Shown here in pieces: positions 25,953 to 32,989 of a stretch of DNA of 36,255 bases; within the stretch, counting starts at the first letter, position 1; each line of letters starts with the position of its first letter. Under the pieces are notes generated by a model. It saw only the letters and a list, made by a program, of their open reading frames with translations, was not told where the DNA came from and searched no databases. Source of the stretch: an uncultured Acetatifactor sp. (GTDB lineage: Bacteria; Bacillota; Clostridia; Lachnospirales; Lachnospiraceae); the NCBI GenBank assembly GCA_964403845.1, contig CAYOHU010000001.1, positions 1 to 36,255 on the forward strand, given 5' to 3'. Both the position numbers and the translations under genes were made by a program.

Positions 25953-26912
25953 ATGGCATTATTATCGATTGTTTTGCCGGCTTATAATGAAGAGCAGAAT
26001 ATAGCCAATACAACAAGGGTTCTGTCGGAGCTTTTAAAGCAGAACGGAATTGATTACGAATTGGTCTTTGTGAGCGATGGCTCCAAGGATGCTACTTATC
26101 AGGAGATTGAGAAGGCAGCTGCTTCCGATTCCCATGTAAAGGGGGCATGCTTTAGCCGCAATTTCGGCAAGGAGGCAGCAATCTTTGCCGGGCTGGAGCT
26201 GACTGCCGGGGATGCGGTGATTGTTATGGACTGTGACCTGCAGCATCCGCCCTCTGTGATTCCCCAAATGTGGGAGCTTTGGCAGAACGGAGCGGAGGTC
26301 GTGGAGGGAATCAAGAGTGACCGAGGCAAAGAGAGCTTTTTCCACAGGATATCTGCCGGATTATTTTACAGGATTATGAGTAAGCTGATTAAGATGGACA
26401 TGAGTGCCTCCTCGGATTTTAAATTATTAGACCGTAAGGTGGTGAATGTGCTGCTGGAGCTGCCAGAGAGGAATACCTTTTTCCGTGCACTGACGTTTTG
26501 GGCGGGCTTCCGTACGGAAGCCGTAAAGTATGAGGTGCAGGAGAGGCAGTTCGGCGAAAGCAAATGGTCTTTTTTCAGCCTGATGAAATATGCGATTGCC
26601 AATGCCACATCCTTCAGTACACTGCCGTTACAGCTTGTGACGGTCATGGGTATGGTCATGATTTTGTTCAGCTCCGTACTGATGGTACAGACCTTGGTCA
26701 AATATTTGCTGGGTGATGCGGTGGAAGGGTTTACTACGGTCATTTTACTGATATTGATTGTAGGGGGCTTCATTATGCTGAGCCTGGGAATTATCGGGCA
26801 TTATATCGCGAGAATTTATGAGGAAGTAAAAGGAAGACCCAAATATATTATCAGCAGGACGGTGGGTTCTGTGGAGGGTAACGTACTTGGGGAATGGCAT
26901 AAAAGGGCTTGA
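25953..26912 (+). CDS. gtrB: Bactoprenol glycosyltransferase, GtrB/CsbB-like GT2
   Basis: PAYNEE, DGSKD, SRNFGKEAAIFAGL, DCDLQHPP, SDFKLLDR, YIARIYEEVKGRPKYI. RBS GGAGG. Confidence 0.85.
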   Translation: MALLSIVLPAYNEEQNIANTTRVLSELLKQNGIDYELVFVSDGSKDATYQEIEKAAASDSHVKGACFSRNFGKEAAIFAGLELTAGDAVIVMDCDLQHPPSVIPQMWELWQNGAEVVEGIKSDRGKESFFHRISAGLFYRIMSKLIKMDMSASSDFKLLDRKVVNVLLELPERNTFFRALTFWAGFRTEAVKYEVQERQFGESKWSFFSLMKYAIANATSFSTLPLQLVTVMGMVMILFSSVLMVQTLVKYLLGDAVEGFTTVILLILIVGGFIMLSLGIIGHYIARIYEEVKGRPKYIISRTVGSVEGNVLGEWHKRA

Positions 26913-26934
26913 GGAAGCAGAATGGAGGATTGCA

Positions 26935-28080
26935 ATGATAAATTTTAATGTTCCGCCCTATGTGGATACGGCAATGGACTATATCAGGGAATGTGTGCAG
27001 AATCAGAAGATATGCGGCGATGGGGCTTACACCAAAAAGTGCAATCAGTGGATTGAGGAGAGAACAGGCACTGCAAAATGTCTGCTCACCACCTCCTGTA
27101 CCCATGCAACGGAGCTTGCTGCGCTGCTTGCGGATATCAGACCGGGGGATGAGGTGATCATGCCTGCGTATACCTTTGTGTCCACTGCAGATGCATTTGT
27201 ACTGCGCGGTGCGGTTCCGGTATTTGTGGATATCAGACCGGATACCATGAATATTGATGAGAAGCTGATAGAGGCAGCTATCACCGATAAGACGAAGGCC
27301 ATCGTTCCGGTTCATTATGCGGGAGTATCCTGCGAGATGGATACGATTATGGAGGTTGCCCAAAAGCATCACTTGCTTGTCATCGAGGATGCGGCTCAGG
27401 GTGTCATGGCGTCCTATAAGGGAAAGGCACTGGGAACCATCGGCGATTTCGGATGCTTCAGCTTCCATGAGACTAAGAATTACAGCATGGGAGAGGGCGG
27501 CGCGCTGTTAATCCGCGATGAAAAGTATGTGGAGGATGCGGAGATTATCCGTGAGAAGGGCACCAACAGAAGCAAATATTACAGAGGACAGATTGACAAA
27601 TACACTTGGGTGAATTTCGGCTCATCATACCTGCCCAGCGATATGAATGCGGCGTATCTTTATTCACAGCTTGAGATCGCGGATCAGATGAATGAGGCCA
27701 GACTTGCTTGCTGGAACCGCTATCGGGAGAGGCTGACACCGCTGGCGGAGACGGGTGCCATAGAATTGCCGGTTGTTCCGGAGGGCTGTGTGCACAATGC
27801 CCATATGTTCTATATTAAGACAAAGGATATTCAGGAGAGAACGGCTTTCATAGATTATATGAAGGCAAACGGAATTCTTTCCGTATTTCACTATATTCCT
27901 CTTCATACTGCGCCGGCCGGTTTGAAGTTCGGACGCTTCCATGGAGAGGATCGCTATACGACGAAGGAAAGCGAGCGTCTGGCTCGGCTTCCCATGTATT
28001 ATGGACTTACCCTGAAGCAGGTGGATGATATCTGCAATGTGATTTGGAGGTTCTACGGAGAAGAGGTATGCAAAAGGTAG
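26935..28080 (+). CDS. rffA: dTDP-4-amino-4,6-dideoxygalactose transaminase
   Basis: MINFNVPP, ICGDG, LTTSCTHA, SFHETKNY, REKGTNRS, DKYTWV, VFHYIPLH. RBS GGAGG. Confidence 0.9.
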   Translation: MINFNVPPYVDTAMDYIRECVQNQKICGDGAYTKKCNQWIEERTGTAKCLLTTSCTHATELAALLADIRPGDEVIMPAYTFVSTADAFVLRGAVPVFVDIRPDTMNIDEKLIEAAITDKTKAIVPVHYAGVSCEMDTIMEVAQKHHLLVIEDAAQGVMASYKGKALGTIGDFGCFSFHETKNYSMGEGGALLIRDEKYVEDAEIIREKGTNRSKYYRGQIDKYTWVNFGSSYLPSDMNAAYLYSQLEIADQMNEARLACWNRYRERLTPLAETGAIELPVVPEGCVHNAHMFYIKTKDIQERTAFIDYMKANGILSVFHYIPLHTAPAGLKFGRFHGEDRYTTKESERLARLPMYYGLTLKQVDDICNVIWRFYGEEVCKR

Positions 28081-29483
28081 CGAAAGCCGTTTTGGCCGTG
28101 GCAGGCAGAGTTCTTTTCATCGGTTTCAGCATACAGATCATTCTGGGAATCTGCTGGATGCTCTGTAATTTTACGGGCTTCCAACGGTTTGGTGAGAGCC
28201 TTCTGTGTGAGGAGATCGGCAAGACATTAATATGTGATGAGTACGAAGGCATTTTGTATCCGGTACTGATTTTGGTGACAAAGGGGATGGAGGAGTTGAT
28301 TCTTGTCCCCTATCGTTTCATTTTGTACCTGCTGCAGATCGGCTTCGCTTTTTGGGTGTCCTATCAATTGCTGGGCAGCTTCTGCGTGCAGGAAAAGAGT
28401 CGGAGGGTCTGGGGAGCACTGGCGATGCTGACCTTCCCTATGGCGATGCAATGTCATCTGGCAGTTCTGCCGGATTCCTTTGTGTCCTCCCTTCTTCTTC
28501 TGGAGCTGGCAGTGGTAAGCGGTATCCTGATCAATGGACGGAGAGTGACTCCGGGAAGCTTTGTGAAAGCATTGGTTTGCTGGGCGCTTGCGGTATTGCT
28601 GCGGCCGGAATATTTGTATATAGGTATTCTTCCCTTGGTGCTGCTGTCACTATATGGTCTGGGTAAGGCGTGGAAGGATGACAGAAAGAGGATGTGGTAT
28701 CCGCTGACACTTTTGGCACTGGTTGTGGTCTTGGGCGGACTGCTTTTGATGGTGAAGAATTTCACACAGGAGGAGGGCTGCTATGACAGGGTAACCAAGA
28801 GCCGTAATGCTGCTATGGTCAGCCGGCTGGCATGGCCCTATGCCGGTACGGATTATGAATTCTGGCCCGGGGAAGTGAAGGCGCAGTTTACATTCGAGGA
28901 AGCAAGACAGATAGATTATTATGCCGATCACATGGACCGTATTCTGGGAAGAACGCTGGAGGAGGCTCTGGGGAAGGAACGAGCTGAGGAGCTTTTCGGG
29001 GAGATTGCGGAAATTGCATGGCAGAATCACAAAAACGAGATTCTGCATCGCACTGTCTGGGATGCAGTGGGATATACCGTTTCCCCTCTGGTGCTGCAAA
29101 GGCAGTTTACCGGAAAGATTTATGATTCCTATTCCGGAAGAAATTATGATATCATGCGCAGTAAGACCCCGTTTCTCACCAAGTATTATATGGACTACAG
29201 CTGTATGTGGTTCGGTGCGGCACTTGTACTGACAGCCGTCCTGGAGGGAGTAAGGCTTGCAGCCGGTCTGACAGAAAAAGCAGAGCGAAGAAAAAGGCTG
29301 CAGAAGCTCTGCCGGTGGCTGCTTACGGCTGTGTGCTGCGTGTTTTCGTCGGGAGTTCTGGTTTTGGTGTACACCCTGCGGGGAGCGGGGATGATGGACT
29401 ATAAAAAGAGTATTGCGGTGACATTACTGTGGATTTGTTGGATGCTGTCTTCCTGTTTGAGGGGAATGCGTGAACAGAGGTAA
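28068..29483 (+). CDS. Polytopic membrane protein, possible GT-C-fold
   Basis: Multiple TMs, DEYEGILYP in the first loop, LPDS, LRPE, and a large central extracellular loop. Confidence 0.55.
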   Translation: MQKVAKAVLAVAGRVLFIGFSIQIILGICWMLCNFTGFQRFGESLLCEEIGKTLICDEYEGILYPVLILVTKGMEELILVPYRFILYLLQIGFAFWVSYQLLGSFCVQEKSRRVWGALAMLTFPMAMQCHLAVLPDSFVSSLLLLELAVVSGILINGRRVTPGSFVKALVCWALAVLLRPEYLYIGILPLVLLSLYGLGKAWKDDRKRMWYPLTLLALVVVLGGLLLMVKNFTQEEGCYDRVTKSRNAAMVSRLAWPYAGTDYEFWPGEVKAQFTFEEARQIDYYADHMDRILGRTLEEALGKERAEELFGEIAEIAWQNHKNEILHRTVWDAVGYTVSPLVLQRQFTGKIYDSYSGRNYDIMRSKTPFLTKYYMDYSCMWFGAALVLTAVLEGVRLAAGLTEKAERRKRLQKLCRWLLTAVCCVFSSGVLVLVYTLRGAGMMDYKKSIAVTLLWICWMLSSCLRGMREQR

Positions 29484-30544
29484 TGTTGGGAAATGGAGCA
29501 GATATGTTGGCATTGCAGATATTGATTTTGACAGGGATTTTATTTGTGATTCCGGTGATAGTGGGAAGCATGTTTCTTACTGTGGATAAGTATGCAGGGA
29601 AATTACCCCTTGCGTGGATAAGTGGACAGATACTTCTGTGGGCAGGCTTTCAGGTGATTACGGTTCCCCTTGTGCTGCAGGAGGCAGCGTTTGACAGGGT
29701 GGTGCAGGCGTATCTGTGTTTTCTTGCGGTGATGGTGGCAGCTGCACTGATTGTTCTTGTGCTGCGGAGAAAAAAGATATTTGCAGCTCCCCGTGCAGAT
29801 AAAAGGAAGCTTCTTCCCTGGGTCTTGTTCTGGGCGCTGCTGCTCTTTCAGCTGGTGCAGGCAATCCGCCTTTCCTATGGGGATAGCGATGATGCATTTT
29901 ATGTGGCAACGGCATCGATTGCAGAGGAAGCGAATACCATGTACCGTAAGCTGGTATATACGGGGGGAGCCACAACGTTGGATGCCAGATATGGCTTGGC
30001 GCCCTTTCCAATCTGGATTTCCTTTTTGGCGAGAGTGTCCGGTATGCAGCCGGTCAGTGTGGCACATGTAATCCTGTCGCCGGTGCTGATTGCCATGGCA
30101 TACGGCGTGTTCTATCTGTTGGCATGCAGATTGTTTGCCGGAGGTAAGGAGCATATCCCTGTCTTTATGATTTTTGTAGAGCTTCTGGTGCTGTTTGGCA
30201 ACTATTCTATTTATACAACAGAGCGTTTTATGATAGAGAGAAGCAGACAGGGCAAAGCGGCACTGGGCAGTATTGTGATTCCGTTGTTGATTTTTTTGTT
30301 GCTTCTGTTGATAGAGGGGATTCAGGCAAACAGTAGGATGTCGCCGGCCTATTGGGTGCTGCTGCTGTGTACATTGCTTACGGCATGCCTGTGCAGTACG
30401 CTGGGAACACTGCTGAGCTGTATGCTGGTCGGAGTCACGGGGCTGTGTACTGCCGTCTGCTATCGCAGGTGGAGGCTGCTGCTTTTGCTGGCAATGTGCT
30501 GTACCCCCTGTGCGGTGTTTGCACTATTGTATATAATCGTGTAA
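29483..30544 (+). CDS. DUF6077-like membrane protein
   Basis: DSDDAFYVA, RY...FP, R-x-x-QGKA motifs. Highly hydrophobic. Alternative start 29504. Confidence 0.65.
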   Translation: MLGNGADMLALQILILTGILFVIPVIVGSMFLTVDKYAGKLPLAWISGQILLWAGFQVITVPLVLQEAAFDRVVQAYLCFLAVMVAAALIVLVLRRKKIFAAPRADKRKLLPWVLFWALLLFQLVQAIRLSYGDSDDAFYVATASIAEEANTMYRKLVYTGGATTLDARYGLAPFPIWISFLARVSGMQPVSVAHVILSPVLIAMAYGVFYLLACRLFAGGKEHIPVFMIFVELLVLFGNYSIYTTERFMIERSRQGKAALGSIVIPLLIFLLLLLIEGIQANSRMSPAYWVLLLCTLLTACLCSTLGTLLSCMLVGVTGLCTAVCYRRWRLLLLLAMCCTPCAVFALLYIIV

Positions 30545-30595
30545 TTGTGAAATCAGAAAATATCATGTTTTGCAATGTTTTAAAGGAGAAAAAAT

Positions 30596-31408
30596 ATGTG
30601 GTATCAGATTTGGGATCATCTTCGGTATATGTGGATGATGGCGAATGAGTATTTCCGCTCGTTTATGGGAACGGGACTGATTGTGATATGGTATCTTGCA
30701 GCAACCTTTTATCTTTTCTTTACGGAGAAAAGGAAGCCCTTCCGTATCCTGTTTGTGTATGTGCCGTTGATTTTACTGCTGCTGTTCTTTTTTCCTGTTA
30801 CTACCTGGGTGGTGTATCATTATATTGACACCGAGATTTACTATCGGATTCTGTGGCTGCTTCCCGTCACGGCAGTGATTGCGTTTGCTGCGGTGGAAAT
30901 CTATCGGAAGCTTCAAGGTAAGCAGAAAGTGATATTCGGACTGGCGGCTGCCTGTCTTATTATGGTATCCGGAAGCTATGTGTATCAGGATCCGCTCTTT
31001 CAGGAGGCTGAAAATATATATCACGTGCCCCAAAGTGTGGTGGAAATCTGCGATGCCATTGAGGTGGAGGGACGTGAGGTTATGGCGGTGTTTCCAAAGG
31101 AGCTGCTGATTTATGTGCGCCAGTATTCCCCGGTGGTGTGTATGCCCTATGGTAGGGAGATTACAGTGGAAAGGTGGAATTACGGAACGGAGAATGCCTT
31201 GTATGATGCCATGGAGGCAGAGGTGATTGACGCAGAACAGCTGGCTGCTCTTGCCAGAGAGAAGCTATGTGTTTATATTATTCTGCCTAAGGAAAAAGAG
31301 ATGGTTGGTGAGTTAATGGATTATGACTTTGAAGCCTTCGGACAGGCAGAAGGGTATATGATTTATAAGGACAGTACAGTGGATTTGCATAGTTACAGTA
31401 TTTTCTGA
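30596..31408 (+). CDS. Membrane protein (about 4 TMs plus extracellular domain), partner of the DUF6077-like protein
   Basis: RBS AAAGGAG. YYRILWLLP, ENIYHVP, YVRQY, MPYGR. Confidence 0.7.
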   Translation: MWYQIWDHLRYMWMMANEYFRSFMGTGLIVIWYLAATFYLFFTEKRKPFRILFVYVPLILLLLFFFPVTTWVVYHYIDTEIYYRILWLLPVTAVIAFAAVEIYRKLQGKQKVIFGLAAACLIMVSGSYVYQDPLFQEAENIYHVPQSVVEICDAIEVEGREVMAVFPKELLIYVRQYSPVVCMPYGREITVERWNYGTENALYDAMEAEVIDAEQLAALAREKLCVYIILPKEKEMVGELMDYDFEAFGQAEGYMIYKDSTVDLHSYSIF

Positions 31409-31411
31409 TTT

Positions 31412-31440
31412 TCCCCCCGTGCTTTTTCAAACCGGGGGGA
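31412..31440. terminator. GC-rich hairpin between convergent genes
   Basis: TCCCCCCG ... CGGGGGGA. U-tracts are weak. Confidence 0.45.
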
Positions 31441-31450
31441 TGATGCAGAT

Positions 31451-32644
31451 TTACTTTTTGATTTCTGAGTATGCAGTCAGAGCCTCCATGAATCGGTTGA
31501 ACACCAGTCTCCGCCCCTCTGTATTCAGATGGATATTGTCAATCAGGTACCGGTCGGCATTGTCTTCCGTAATGGTGCCATAGAGATTATCCACAAAGCT
31601 GACACATCTTGAATTGCAGGAGTCGCTCTGCTTAATCACATAAGTGGATAAGACGTCCTGACCATATCGGTATATATCACTGCTCACATATTCTCCCTCT
31701 TCGTTGAGTGCATAGGCATAGGTAGGGGACAGGACTATGACCCTGATATGGGGATAATCGCTAGTGAGCAACTCAATTCCTGCCTCCAAATTACCGGTAA
31801 AGCACTGGATGTTGGTGGGATTTAAGTCATCATACATCTCATGTCCCATAAGGTAATCTGACGCATCATACATGACCACTACAACATCCACCTCGTTGAA
31901 ATCCAATGTGGTCAGGGTATTATATACCTCCTGTGCTTCCGGAGGGAGTAAGTCACCCAGGGCATTTTCCGCTTCGGGATAGTAATGGGCATTGAGACCG
32001 CCTACTCCGAGAGTGATTAACCAATAAAAGCTGTAAGCATCCATGGGAGCGATACTCGCGTCGAAATAGGGATGTCTGGCAGCCAGATAGCTGTTACTGA
32101 CGGAGCAGTTGTATACCTGAGCACCTGTATTTTCTGCAATCAGATTGGCAAGGTTATCCTCTGAGTCAGGGTTATCTGCAAAGGGAGCGTTCCCGAACAC
32201 TACAATATTTTCCACAATACCATTGGAAATTATATTTCCCGCTTCGTCTGACACCGGTAAAAACTCATCCAGAACATCAAGATAGCCAAGGGAAGAGTCG
32301 CTGTGAATATCGTTGATATCCACGAAAACACCCCAGTTTCTGAATTTTGTAACAATTGAGACCACCATCACAACAAAGACAGCTGCAAGCAGTGTATGAA
32401 TATTCAGAAAGGAGCGAAAGCCTTTTTTGGGTGTCCGGACATGTGCCTCTGATTCTTCGACTGCCGGGGACGCTTCCTCGACCGGCTGGGACGATTCCTC
32501 CGCAACACACTCCGTCTCTGCATCTGCTTCCGAATCCGGAGCATCTGTATTTCCAACAAGTTCCAAGTCAATAATTTGGATATCCGGTATATGATTATGA
32601 GTTGTACCGTTAGTTTGTTCGTTCAATTTTTTTTTCTGTTTCAT
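31451..32644 (-). CDS. Membrane-anchored SGNH-fold protein with degenerate catalytic motifs
   Basis: RBS AGAAAGAGG before ATG 32644. Acidic N-tail, one TM, VVFGNAP (in place of GDS), YDASDY (in place of GxNDY), LSPTY, DNIHLN. Aligns by eye with the two other SGNH genes. Confidence 0.72.
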   Translation of the reverse strand: MKQKKKLNEQTNGTTHNHIPDIQIIDLELVGNTDAPDSEADAETECVAEESSQPVEEASPAVEESEAHVRTPKKGFRSFLNIHTLLAAVFVVMVVSIVTKFRNWGVFVDINDIHSDSSLGYLDVLDEFLPVSDEAGNIISNGIVENIVVFGNAPFADNPDSEDNLANLIAENTGAQVYNCSVSNSYLAARHPYFDASIAPMDAYSFYWLITLGVGGLNAHYYPEAENALGDLLPPEAQEVYNTLTTLDFNEVDVVVVMYDASDYLMGHEMYDDLNPTNIQCFTGNLEAGIELLTSDYPHIRVIVLSPTYAYALNEEGEYVSSDIYRYGQDVLSTYVIKQSDSCNSRCVSFVDNLYGTITEDNADRYLIDNIHLNTEGRRLVFNRFMEALTAYSEIKK

Positions 32645-32854
32645 AGGACCTCTTTCTATCGTTATTTTGTGCCAGTGTTTGTACATCAGCTCCTTAATAA
32701 CTGATGCATAGCTCCGGAGCTTCTGCGAAGAATGCCGGATTGGATTTTGAATCGCTATCATTTTACTATTATACGCGAAGAAAGTCTACATTATTAACGA
32801 AAATTAAGATTAGAACGCAAGGTTTAAGAAATTATGAAGAAATAGTTGAATGCC

Positions 32855-32883
32855 TTGAAGGGACGGGAAGACAATGCTATAAT
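32855..32883 (+). promoter_or_regulatory. SigA promoter of the GH25 gene
   Basis: TTGAAG - 17 bp - TATAAT with extended TG. Confidence 0.65.
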
Positions 32884-32989
32884 GTTACGGAATTGTTAAG
32901 AACGCGGAGGAAATGCACTGATGTGACAGGAGAGAACTGCCTTGATAGGTTCTCTTACGCGTGCCCTCAGCTTCAGAATGGAGATTTAG

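Noticed and set aside
32627-32635. A9 tract at the start of the degenerate SGNH gene as a phase-variation switch
   Set aside because: It is in frame and encodes a typical N-terminal KKK; nothing in a single sequence shows slippage.
32884-32989. c-di-AMP (ydaO) or other riboswitch in the GH25 leader (CGGAGGAA plus a GAGAAC/GTTCTC hairpin)
   Set aside because: The other conserved ydaO segments are missing. One hairpin is not enough; an Rfam/Infernal scan would settle it.
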